Part shown: positions 1-11,366 of the stretch, one piece after another | Layout: every line of letters starts with the position of its first letter | Position numbering within the stretch: the stretch's first letter is position 1 | NCBI GenBank assembly: GCA_020891255.1 | Contig: BQFW01000010.1 | Location: 496,001 to 560,000 of the forward strand | Direction of reading: 5' to 3' | Origin: Entomortierella parvispora E1425 | Taxonomy: Eukaryota; Fungi; Mortierellomycota | Length of the DNA stretch: 64,000 bases | Program-made: the position numbers and the translations under genes | The notes under the pieces: generated by a model | Told to the model about the DNA's origin: nothing | The model's database searches: none | Seen by the model: only the letters and a program-made list of their open reading frames with translations

Positions 1-322
1 GAGTTGAAAATTCGTGGTTATTTCTCTACCTGCCTTCGAATGGATGTTCACTTACGAGTGTTGAGGATGAGAGCCTTCTTTGCCGTCTTGACATCATGAA
101 GATTAGGCATATTGTCAGGGTCGAAGCTGGATGCGTGGACGATGATGACCCTGGACTCATCATACTTGGCCCTGTCCAGTGTAAATCTGCAGGTATAAGG
201 CAGGCCACAGTAATTGACGACCTTGCCCTCCTCGATTCTCACATGGAACCATTCCGTCCACCAGAGAAGAGGGTATTCCTTTGCCTCCTGTCGTTCTTGC
301 AAAGCGTTACTCATCTGGCAGT
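1..322 (-). CDS. Probable GT10 alpha-1,3-fucosyltransferase, internal exon. The gene runs off the window and its 5' exons are unresolved.
   Basis: YPLLWWTEWF...YCGLPYTCRFTLDRAKYDESRVIIVHASSFDPDNMP...ALILNT resembles the GT10 N-terminal domain. It is followed by a GTAAGT donor where the ESP motif is expected next. Confidence 0.55.
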
Positions 323-931
323 TGACAGTAATGATGGTGAAAAAAAGGAGAGCAGAGAAAAAAGGAAACCAGGGAAATTTTATTCCGCCCTCTCTTTCTT
401 CACCTCGCCCTCGCCCTCTTCCCAATGAACTCGCTTGAAAGAATGGTGCTTTGACGATTAGGGCAAGTAGTAAATGCTGAAGAGTCATCCATTGCCACAG
501 ACAAGCCAACTTCACCCATGCTAACCTGCTCTTGAAGGCAATGAAAGGTCATCGATGGGACAAGGGGCGCTGACAAAAAGCTCTGAAAGTGGGGTTAGAC
601 GATGGCCACAGCGCTTGCATGCGGCACAGGAACAAAGTGAGAAAAAAGCGCGCACCGCCAGTGTCTTGGACTGGCCGTTTCAGGGGTGTTGTCATTGCGA
701 GGGTTTTTTTTGTGCTCGCTCAACATGTGACCATTCGCATCTCTCCATTTCTCCATTTCTCTGCTGCATCACCCATAGGTAAATTCGTTGCCTCTCTAAT
801 TTTTATGTAACTATGGAGATGAATGACTATTCATGTTCTTACGTTTTGTCATCTTTGCGCAACACCATTAGCCTAAACTGCCATATTTCGCGGCCGTTTC
901 AGTATCATTACCGTTTTTGCAAGAGGGCATC

Positions 932-3900
932 ATGGATCTCGATATAGAATCTGCCATCGGGTGTCTCCAGCAGCAACAGTCGATCAGTCTCGACACTCGG
1001 GCTGTCTATATCCAGTTGCTGTCAAAACCAAACCTACGGTCGTCAGATGATACTCTGATCGCGCTGCAGGATCGAGCGAACAACTTTCTTCAGAGCAAGA
1101 GGGAAGTCCTTCTCATCCTTGGAGACTCTGGCGCTGGCAAGTCGACATTTGGCATGCGTTTGGAGCACAAACTATGGAAGGAATACAACCCTGGTGGATC
1201 CATCCCTCTCTTCATCGATCTGAAAACAATCGACAGTCTCGAAAAAGATCTGATACTGCAACACTTGGAGGACGAAGGATATTTCTCGGATCAACAACTT
1301 GAATATCTACGACAATATCGGGAATTCATTTTGATCTGTGATGGGTACGATGAGTGCCATCGATGGTTCAACCTCCACACCAAAAATCAATTCAACAAAC
1401 CCCGACAGTGGAAGGCCAAACTTATCATCAACTGTCGCACTCAGTATATCGGACCAAATTATCGCAACTACTTTGAACCAGAAGTGAAAACCACAGGAAA
1501 TGAGAACTTTTCCCACACTTCCGACCTCTTTGAGGAAGCTGTAATTGTGCCCTTCAAGGTCACTCAGATCAAGGAGTATGTTGAGACATTCACCCGAGTA
1601 CGCGGTGCTCCAGAATATAGCAGCGACGAGCCAAGATGGACTACGGAGCAGTACATGGCGAGCCTCGAAAGCATTCGACACTTGATGGAGCTAGCCCAGA
1701 ATCCATTTATGCTCAAGATGATTCTGGATGTTCTGCCAAAGATTGCCAAGACCACCACCAAGATGACGCGAGTCGAACTTTACGACAAGTTTGTGGATCT
1801 GCATTTTGAATCTGAGCAACAACGACTGTCGAGACAACACTCGGGTGGCTCGATGGATATCGGCACGCTTTCAGCGTTCACCTCATTCCAGAACAGCGAA
1901 CTCATCGGTCCGGGACTTGACTTTTCCAAGCGACTGTCGCGATGCATATTCAAAGAGCAGGGGGGGGATCAACTCTGTAGCTTACTCTGTCCAGAACGAC
2001 ATTGGATCATGGAAAGAAATTTTTTTTGGTTCTGATGCTCGAGCCAAGTTATTGCGAGAGTCAGCGCAACTGGTCTGCCGAGAGAATATGCAAGATTCAC
2101 GCCAACTGGTTCGCTACATGTTTCGGCCTTCTCGCAAGCGAAACTCGTATGAGTTCATCCATCGGTCGATCCTAGAGTATTTCTACTCATGCCTGATTTT
2201 TGATCCAAGAGGCAACACATCTTTTCTTGATCTCAGGAGTTTCCTGAAATCATCTGGGAATCAGGAGCCCATTATCGAACATCCTCTTTCTGAGACAGAC
2301 ATTGTCCCTGAGCCATCCATCATTCATTTTCTTGCCGAGCGAGCACAGCAGAATGACAGTTTCATGGGCCAGCTCCTGGATATTGTACATATGTCGAAAT
2401 TAGAGAAGACTGTGCGCCAGGCAGCCTCCAATTCCATTACAGTTTTGGTTCGATCAGGAGTCCGTTTCAATGGCACGGACTTTCAAGGAATTCGGATCTC
2501 GGGAGCGGACCTTTCTCACGGGCAATTCGATTCAGCACAACTTCAAAAAGCTGATATGACTGGCGTTCGTCTCAAAAGGACGTGGCTGCGACAAGCGGAT
2601 CTCAGTGAGGCAACTCTAGCTAATGTACGGTTTGGAGAATCTCCTTACTGTAATATTCCGGGGCTGTCTTCTGTGGCAATCACACCTGATGGGAATACCC
2701 TCGTAGTAGGACTAAATACTGGCGATGTACAGGTGTATGATACTCTCGACTTTCAACTCCGCTTTGCTTTTCAAGGACACACTACATACCCAGGAAGATT
2801 TCAGTCAAGTTATAAGCGTGGCTATTTCCAACAACACCTCGCATGTGGCGTCAGGTGGCCATGATCGGACAGTTCGCGTTTGGAGTCTGCAGGCAGGAGA
2901 GGATCGTGTTTTCCGAGGACATTCACGTGCAGTCACCATCATTGCTTTTGCGCCTGATGGAAAACGCGTCGCTTCCGTGGGTGATAGCGGAGCCGCTCGG
3001 ATCTGGGATATTGACTCTGGATCATGTGTCCACGTATTGAATACGACTTTCGAATATCTCACTACCATCGCTTGGTCTCCATGTGGACGTCATATCGCAG
3101 TCGGGGGGAAGGCTGGATTTGGAGCAGTGATGATATGGAATAATGAAACTGGCAAGTGCTCGCAAACTCTGCCGTCTGAAAGGGTGAGCTGCATCGCTTA
3201 CTCTCATCAAGGCAAACTTCTCGTCGCCGAGGGTAACGGCAATATCTACATCTGGGACTCGACATCAGAAAATACTGACGCCGAACCCACCAAGATAAAA
3301 GTTACCAACAAAGTCTTAAGTGCAGCCTTTTCCCAAGACGAACGGATGATAGCCGTAGCCTCGTACGATGATGGATCTATACAACTTTGGGATATAGAGT
3401 CGGGATCACATATCTCTAGTCTGAATGGCCACTCGAGTTCTGTCGTTGGCATGGTGTTTACGAAGAATCAAGAACTAGTCTCTGCTAGCCCAGATGGCTT
3501 TGCGCGAGTCTGGCAGTTGGAAGATGAACTTGACCTGAAGAAGAGCACTTTCAACACCGGTGGCCATGACAAGCGAGGTCATGAATCTACCCTTTTCTGT
3601 GTCGTCTATAGCCCGAGTGGTGACTCTATTTTGTCTGCTGCAATGGATGACTGGATTTTAAAGTGGAGCGCAGAAACAGGAGACTACGAAAGAGTCATTG
3701 GGCTCTCTGGTTGGAAAATGATAGCATTGTCACCAGATGGTCAAGAACTGGTAGCGACAGATCGCCTCTTGCGAATATATCATTTTGGCGAGACTTTCGA
3801 GCCAGGGACCCGCCATTTCGGCAAATCGTCAGCGGTAGCATATTCTCCTTGTGGCCATTGGATGGTCTCAGGAAATGGACAAGGGATGATACAATTATGG

Positions 3901-4650
3901 GATCTCTGGTCGAAGGAAGAGGACGTAGAATATCTGAAAGTACATACAGATCGTATTGTCCAGATCAGATTTTCGCAGGATAGTCGCCGTCTTGCTTTCT
4001 TGTGCTCTCACAAGACAATTCTAATCTGGGACATGGAATCCATCAAATTCTGGGACGTGGAAAGCGTCAAAAACAGGAGGGAAGTTGAACTTTCTGGATC
4101 CTGCATTTCATTTTCACCCTGTGGAAATATGCTTGTTGTTGCAGACGACCACCTTGTGCATATTTGGAGCTTGCAAGACGAGAAAGGCACGCTTGGCGGG
4201 TTAGAGCTTGAATCAAATGTTCGTTTTATTGAGTGGTCACCCCGCGGCGAATGGATTGCAGCGTGCTGTGAAGATAAAGCGGTGCGACTCTGGAGGATCT
4301 CAAACGAAGGATCTGATATTGCGAAAGCCGACATGTTTATCGTTCAGGACTTTCTTGGACCGGTGAACTGTCTAGCCTGGAGTCCTAAGGACCCACTTGA
4401 GTTTGCAGTTGGCTGCTGGGATGGCTCTGTGAGTACTTGGAGAATTACAGACGCGGAAAGCGGGTTCCTTGTTCAGTTAATCTGGGATTCCTCAGCTAGT
4501 CGACTGGTAGCCTCTGGGGCTAGGATAGATAATGTGAAAGGCCTGTCAGCGATGCAGAAGAATCTGTTGATGCAACGAGGCGCAGTAGATGGATCGATTG
4601 CCAGCTGTAAAGTCATCAAAAAGGAGCACCCTGACGTCTTAATAACATAA
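932..4650 (+). pseudogene. NLR-like NACHT-pentapeptide-WD40 protein with two apparent frameshifts and no N-terminal effector domain
   Basis: Walker A GDSGAGKST, Walker B LICDGYDE, pentapeptide repeats (ADLSHGQFDSAQLQKADMTG) and many WD40 repeats. These lie in three consecutive ORFs in different frames, with breaks at the G-run 1960-1967 and at 2784-2802. Confidence 0.85.
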
Positions 4651-4697
4651 TAATATTTTGCTTTGGGGTTGTTAATAAAATTCAGCTTTTTAATACT

Positions 4698-6889
4698 TCA
4701 GGACGACTCGGCTGCCCGAACAAGTTTATAGTTGCTCTTTCCAGATCGCAGAACACAAACAGCACCATCGATCCAATCCTGGTCCAAGAGCTTGTAAGAG
4801 GCATCCGTAACCTTGACGTTGTTGATGTAGAATCCTCCAGCTTTCACTAGTTTCTTTGCCTCAGCTACGATATTGTAAAGGAAAGAAAGTCAGTTTTCAT
4901 GTTGATGCCAGTGAAAAGCATGGATTCCTTGAAGTAGCTTTACATTTTGATGAGCAAAGTCCAGATTCCAAGGCAAGGCGATCTACGCTCATTTCAGCGA
5001 CAATCGCTTTGCTAAGTTGAACCATCCTCGAGTCGTGTTCAAAGGCATTCACGAGCTCCTGGCCCTTGACACTGTCCAGTGACGCTCCAAAAAGAACATG
5101 TGTCGCCAACAAGGCCTTAGGAACTGCCTCAGCTGTTATGATTTTGATATAAAAAAAAAATAAAAAAAAGAGAGAAAGGAAGCAAAGTCAGTATGCCGGG
5201 ATAACAGAATGCCTGCCAATGGGCCAAGTGACAAATGATCAATTACCTCCATGCACGAGCTCTGTTGTCTCCTTAGCCAATGCATGTTGGGCGTGACGCT
5301 TCTCGGGTTCGGCCTATTCACAAACATCACAAAATAAGTATTGGCCGCAGCTTTAAAAATCGACTCCTGCACATTCAGCCTTTTACCTCATGTTGAACCA
5401 TGATATCCTTAATTTCGTCCGAGGTCAAAAGGGTGAAGTATTGAAGGTATCTCCCAACGTCCGCGTCCGCAGTCTTAACAAAGAACTATTCCGGAAATGG
5501 AGAAAATAGTGGAAGGATTAGCGGACGTGCAGCGGTGACAGGAAACAGAGTCGAGATAAAATTTCAATATTGGTCTGGGTTATACCTGGTAAAAATCAAA
5601 GAGGCTTGTCATTTTTTCATCGAGCCAGACCGCATTTCCTGCACTCTTTCCAAACTTCTCTCCAGTGGCAGTCGTCAACAATGGGATGGTCAAACCGTAG
5701 GCATGCAATGGCTGTGACTGTGTCGACTTTCCATCCCTGATGATGACCTGCTCCTCGTTTGTTTTCCGTTTCTTGTGAATCAAGTCAATTCCCGCCGTGA
5801 TGTTTCCCCACTGATCACTGCCGCCAAGCTAGTTCATATGATTTGGACAAATATTAGTTGGTTCCAAAATACAACCCCTAGCGCCATCTTACACACCGGT
5901 ATGCATGCCATGTGTATCTACCTGAATACGACATCCATCCTCATGGTACAAGTGCCAGAAGTCGTACGCCTGGAGTAGCTGGTACGAGAATTCTGTAAAA
6001 CTGATTCCTTGTGGACTCTCCAACCGTGATTTGACGCTGTCCCTGGCGATCATGGTCCCGACACGAGCATAGCGTCCAATATCACCAAGAAATTCCAAGG
6101 CAGAGAGTTTCCCGAACCAAGTCTTATTGTTGACGACCTTCACTCTGCCGCCCAGAGAGGAAGACGAAGAAGAGGGTGTTGATCCTTCCTGACCTTGAAT
6201 TACGTAACCACGGCTCTGTGCGTATGCTCGTCCACGTTGGAAGAATCGTTGAAATTGAGCATCGATCCCAGCTACGTTCTGCGCCAAAGTCTCGGCGGAC
6301 ATGGGTTGCCGCTCTATGCTCTTTCCTGATGGATCGCCGATCGATCCAGTCGCTCCACCGACCTAGAAGATTGACTTTGATTTTAGCATCTCTCTCACCG
6401 TAGGATATACTTCACACAACGATAGTGGTTCCCAATCCTTGAATCATACCAACCCGATGGTGGTGTGGCCCTTGATGTGAAAGTGAAGAAGACCAAGCAG
6501 CGTAACCAAGTTTCCCAGATGTAAACTACTGGCTGTTGGATCAACGCCACAGTAGATCGCTGTTGGTCCTGCTGCGACGTGATCCACAAGCTCAGGACTA
6601 AAATCAAAAGACAACCCCCGAAAATTAGGAACAGATCCCTTTCTCACTATGAAGTCCCAGTACTTCGTAGAAAGCATGGGTGCATGACTGCTTGTTTGCC
6701 GTACCTGGTCATGGCTGCAACGAGTCCACGCTGTTGCATTTCCAGGACGGGATTAGTATTCAGCTTTTGCTGCTGGCCAGGCAATGTGGAGGCCCAGCGC
6801 ATGGAGAGAGCATGACTGCGACGTGGAGCAAATGAGAGAGAGGAGCAAGACCTGGTGATGCCAGTTAATGGACGCATGGTCGAATGCAT
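4698..6889 (-). CDS. MSY1: Mitochondrial tyrosyl-tRNA ligase, multi-exon. The start could be 6877, 6889 or 7060.
   Basis: [15 protein letters not shown] (HIGH motif), [29 protein letters not shown] (KMSKS motif) and C-terminal S4-like [11 protein letters not shown] ending at TGA 4698-4700. Confidence 0.92.
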
Positions 6890-7201
6890 GGAATGTAGAG
6901 GGCTAGGTCGGTAAGTTTCCTCTGAGGAGCAGGACCAGAACCAAGAACACGGCCGGGACACCGTCTTTCCTTCCTGCACGCGCCGGGCTCCGAAGCAAGG
7001 CAGCGCCACTATTATCGACTGGCGCAAGCCACCACAAAAAATCGCAGTCTTAAAGGCCATCTCGCGTGTTTTGATTTTTTTTTTCTCTTCTCTCTTCTCT
7101 CTCTTCAACAACACCCTTCCGCACTTCCCCATTCACAAGGTACCATGTCTTTTTGCTTTTTCCTTTTTCCTTTTCCTTCTCGGAAGATTATTTCTTTTTT
7201 G

Positions 7202-7281
7202 TTTAAATGATGAAACAAATTTTACAGACCTGTTCCGAGAGACTCGTGCGGATAACCACTTATTGCCTTTTTTCTGACACA
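7202..7281 (+). ncRNA. C/D-box snoRNA copy 1, snR56/SNORD25-like
   Basis: C box ATGATGA 7207-7213, D' CCGA 7235-7238, D CTGA 7274-7277. The guide TTACAGACCTGTT pairs with conserved SSU rRNA AACAGGUCUGUGA. Confidence 0.75.
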
Positions 7282-7510
7282 AAAAAAAAAAAACTTTCGA
7301 GAGGGAGACTTGCTATACACGTTTCGATCAATTGTATCCTTGACATTTGCTAACGATAGTTTTGTTTTGTCTTGCAGTGTTTTTAGATTCATCTTCTATC
7401 ACCCACCACCAACCATACCCTCAACAAGAAAGTGGTCGATCTACTCAAAAGGTAAACTTCACATCCATCTTTCTCCATCCATCCCCTTCGTGCTCGTGCT
7501 GGTTGGCTTT

Positions 7511-7590
7511 TTCAAATGATGAAGCAAATTTTACAGACCTGTTCCGAGAGACTCGTGCGGACAACCACTTATTGCCTTTTTTCTGACACC
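7511..7590 (+). ncRNA. C/D-box snoRNA copy 2, a near-identical paralog
   Basis: C box 7516-7522, D box 7583-7586 and the same guide. The flanks GGTTGG and CCAACC can pair. Confidence 0.75.
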
Positions 7591-7876
7591 AAATCCAACC
7601 AAACTCGCCAAAAGAAGATCCTTTCACATCCTTTTGAATTCTCTTTTTTGACGTGCTTTCTAACGATCGATGTTTTTCTTCTGTATCGTGTAGGTAAAGT
7701 GCACATGATGATTCAAGTCGGACATAAAACTGAAGAATATAATAAAAAAACGATTCCACCGTACATCATTCTCATTCTCAAATCACATGTTGTCGATGGC
7801 TCACATGCTCGATCATCAGATTTGGAATCTAGAAAAGATCAATTTTTTTTTTTTTTTTTTTTTATTTTTATTTTTG

Positions 7877-10132
7877 TTACCCATGATGAAAACTGTAATC
7901 CTCTTCACAACAATCCGTCAACTCGAATCTGAAATCCAGATCGGGTCTCGATTCTTGGAACCACCCACCCAATTCCCTGTCCAAAATCGTGTTCGCCTTT
8001 TGGCGACGGACTACCACCTTCTTTAGTACGCTTCTCTTTGACGTCCCGTCATCTTCAGCAAGAGCTAACGGCATCCAGGACTTCATGTCCTCGACCTTGA
8101 TCGGGATAGGATAGCAGGTTGTGAACACTACCTCCTCCAGCCGACTCAGTCCCCCGAGGGCCTCATATTCACGCCCTGCTTCCAACATCAGCCCTTCCTT
8201 AATACACAGATGCTTTAGATTTTGAAGATTCTCCAAGAATCCAAACGTCTCCTTGGAACGCCTGGGTGGCTCTGACAGGTTTCGCCAAGGTTGGCGCGCG
8301 AATCGAACTACCAGTCGTTCCAGCCCACTGCATGCCCAGCGTTTCCGCTCGACCTTCTGTCCTTCCTGCAGAGGGGGCGCCTGAGACGAAGAAGACTCGG
8401 TCGCACCAGTAGGAGCAATTGAAGGCGAAGGTGTGGGTGTGGCAGTGACCCCAGAAGAAAGCTCTTGCTGGTTATTCATCTGATCCACGTAGAGTGTCGT
8501 ATTATAGGCGTAAAACTCCTTGAGGTGAGGCGTCCAGCAGAGGTAGTCGTGAAGGGCTTGACTGACTTTTTCGGAAGAGCACACGTTCATGATACACAGG
8601 CTGGTCAAGAACTTGGCTGGTGCAAGACGTGCCTCAGAAGCCAGGGAACCGGACCAGGTGGAAGAGGAAGGTTCACTGGACCAGTCTGCGCTCGACATCG
8701 CATGGATCTGAGTCGCTTTGATGGCGTCCATTGTAACCTTTGTGCAATCCCAGGCAGGGATCCCAATCGACTCCAATCGAGGAAACGCGCACAGCGTCTC
8801 TCGGAGTGAATCCAAATGGAAACCCCCTTGCTGCTGCCCAACATGCATCCGTTCAAGTCTCGGCCACGATCTTGCCAAAGAACAAATGATACTCAGCTGT
8901 TCAGCATCAACAGTCGCCGCAGTGCCAGGAATGGTGGTGGATATAAAGACGGTGCCCGTCGATGAAGTTGACACGAGACCTGTCCCTGCGGGTGGAGACT
9001 GTTGCTGAAGTAGGGGCGGTCGTTGTTTCCAAAGCGCTCCTGGTGTGCACAAGGATTGAAACTCTGTCACGTTCGGACACCGATCCGCGATTTGTTGCAG
9101 CTCTTCGCGACTTATTTTCAAGTACTGAATCTTGAGGGATCGAAGCTTTCTGTGAATTTTCTGACTGCTACTGCAAGCCTTGTCTTGTGCATCGTTGGTA
9201 TCAACAACAAGTCGACTGTCAATAAAATGGCCGTGAGAATGGATGACGAGCTCTTCTAGTCGCAGCGCAGAATCTAAGATCAAGTGGATATCAACGGCCG
9301 AGTTGACCAAGGGGTGAATCTCGAGTCGAGTCAAAGTGGGTATCTTGAATGCAACAAATGTGGGAATCGGCGCTCTGTCTGCACCCTGTCCATTCGCGAT
9401 AGTCGAAGACGTTGATGCGGCCGAGGAAAGAAGATCAAAATGACCTTTCAACATCAATTGGCGCAGTTGGATCGCTCGAACGGGTACAGTATCGTCCGAT
9501 CCTTGGTCGCTTTGGCCTTCAGGTAGACTGTCCAGCCCCAAATTGTTTTGGCGTTGGACCCGGGACGGCGTGATGCGAGAGTTGCGTGGATGGAGGTCAT
9601 TCCTTGTCTCTGCTGTGAAATCGGCCTCTGCCACCCGCATCGAGCTTTCTTGCTTAGGCAACTGTGAAGAGAGATCAGCACCCTTGCCCAAGATCAGCAG
9701 CCTCAAAAGGGAGGACGAGTCCACGTTGCTAGTCCGTCCTTGAGAATGGAACATGCAATCCAAGGATCGAATACGGTACGCGTTCTTGAACAACAAGGAT
9801 TCTTTGGATAGGACAACTCCAAGAACACTCTCACTCTCTGGGAGAGGCTCCCCTGGTTCAGTTGCCATCGTATTGTCCCAATGGACTCTGCGCCAGACCA
9901 ACGCTTGACCTGTTCGATACCACTGACGCGCGACTTGGAGCGAGATCAAGAGCTCAGGTCTCGGCAGCTGCTCTTGGATAAGGAACACGATTTCTGGTAT
10001 CCGCATGGCCTTGAAGGTCCAAAGCATTGCGGCAGAGACGGGCTCAGAGGAGTTTCGTATCCGCATACTGGAGGGTTCACAGAACCCTGTTTTCTGTGAC
10101 GGCTCTTTGCGTTGGTTTCGTATAGAGTGCAT
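7877..10132 (-). CDS. F-box-like / RNI-like LRR protein, single exon
   Basis: Long ORF with F-box-like MRIPEIVFLIQEQLPRPELLISLQVARQWY and LRR-type motifs (LEELVI, WACSGLERL, LKHLCI). The likely start is ATG 10132. Confidence 0.7.
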   Translation of the reverse strand: MHSIRNQRKEPSQKTGFCEPSSMRIRNSSEPVSAAMLWTFKAMRIPEIVFLIQEQLPRPELLISLQVARQWYRTGQALVWRRVHWDNTMATEPGEPLPESESVLGVVLSKESLLFKNAYRIRSLDCMFHSQGRTSNVDSSSLLRLLILGKGADLSSQLPKQESSMRVAEADFTAETRNDLHPRNSRITPSRVQRQNNLGLDSLPEGQSDQGSDDTVPVRAIQLRQLMLKGHFDLLSSAASTSSTIANGQGADRAPIPTFVAFKIPTLTRLEIHPLVNSAVDIHLILDSALRLEELVIHSHGHFIDSRLVVDTNDAQDKACSSSQKIHRKLRSLKIQYLKISREELQQIADRCPNVTEFQSLCTPGALWKQRPPLLQQQSPPAGTGLVSTSSTGTVFISTTIPGTAATVDAEQLSIICSLARSWPRLERMHVGQQQGGFHLDSLRETLCAFPRLESIGIPAWDCTKVTMDAIKATQIHAMSSADWSSEPSSSTWSGSLASEARLAPAKFLTSLCIMNVCSSEKVSQALHDYLCWTPHLKEFYAYNTTLYVDQMNNQQELSSGVTATPTPSPSIAPTGATESSSSQAPPLQEGQKVERKRWACSGLERLVVRFARQPWRNLSEPPRRSKETFGFLENLQNLKHLCIKEGLMLEAGREYEALGGLSRLEEVVFTTCYPIPIKVEDMKSWMPLALAEDDGTSKRSVLKKVVVRRQKANTILDRELGGWFQESRPDLDFRFELTDCCEEDYSFHHG

Positions 10133-11366
10133 GGGTGAAAGTGTGCTGTGAAGGAGGATGAGGGACAAGCGAAGGATGGGAAAAGGCAATGAAGAGATGA
10201 CGGGTTGAAGGAATGCGAAGAGGATGAGGGGAAGAAAGAAGGAAAGAGGGAAAGAGGGAAAACGAGAGGAGGAGCATACCGACAGTTTGCTGCTTGGCTC
10301 CTGGCACGCTTGGATGCCTGCCCTGTTTTGCGTGTTTGTGTGTTTGTCCTTGACCCAACCAACCAGCAACCACAAACAAACGCCCTTTCTCGCACCATTT
10401 GCTCTCCCACTTGCACCCACTCACACAAAGAGAAATTATCGAGATTATCGACGCACAAGCACGCGAAAGACATCTTTCTTTTGGCCCTGAGGCTGTGGAT
10501 TGGTCAAGCTGCCCTGGACATGAGCTGTGCATTGCCCTTTTTTTATCGTTTGATGTTGCCCCACCTTCCCCTCACTCTTTCTCTCTGCCTCTCACTCTCC
10601 CTTCTTCGCTCTATTGAGCGCTTTTTTCTTTCTTTCTTCTTGTCCCTTCTCTTCTTTCCTGTTCCTCCCCATTCATGCACTACTTGTTGGTTCCTTCTTC
10701 CATTTCCTCTTTTTCATGGCGTGCTCGAGCCCCAGTTCCACAGCGGACATAGACAGGCTTGATCGTCAAAAACAACGCGTTTCTCTCTTTTTTTTTGTAT
10801 TTCCCTCTTTACTTTTGGTGTCTTCTCCGTGCAAGCTCCTTCATTTCGTCAATTCCCTCTCTTGACGCACTCAACTCCACATTCCCTGAGGCATTTTCGC
10901 TTAACGATCATGATCGGCAGCTTCCAGCTGGGTAACATCTGCGTCATTTTTTTTTTTTTTTTTTTTTTTTTTTGGCTCTGAATTTTTGGCAATGCCGCAG
11001 ACGCGTTAATTTTGTTGCCAGGGACAGCACAAGCGAAACCATACCGTGAGCCATTTGCAGTAAAAGGATATTTATTGTATTTTGTTGCTTCATGGCAATG
11101 CTTTTTAACACACAAAAAAGTAGTGAGAAAATGATAAAGATGAGGGGGATGCTGGTTTGTTTTTTCTTTCTGTGAAAGAAAGGGGGAGCGAACGGTAAGG
11201 CATTACAAAACACGCAATAATGGGAGCGAGCGAAAAGTGAACAGGAAGTGAAATGCAGAAGAGACAATGACAAAGGAGGGAGGTAGAGAAGGGAAAAAAA
11301 TGACAAAACATGAACAGAGAAAAAGAAAGAGGTATGCAGGATAAAAGGAGATTGTTGTTTTCTCCT

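Noticed and set aside
10205-11360. Several ORFs of 70-185 aa rich in F/L/S or K/E
   Set aside because: They are translations of pyrimidine-rich and poly-T promoter or UTR DNA.
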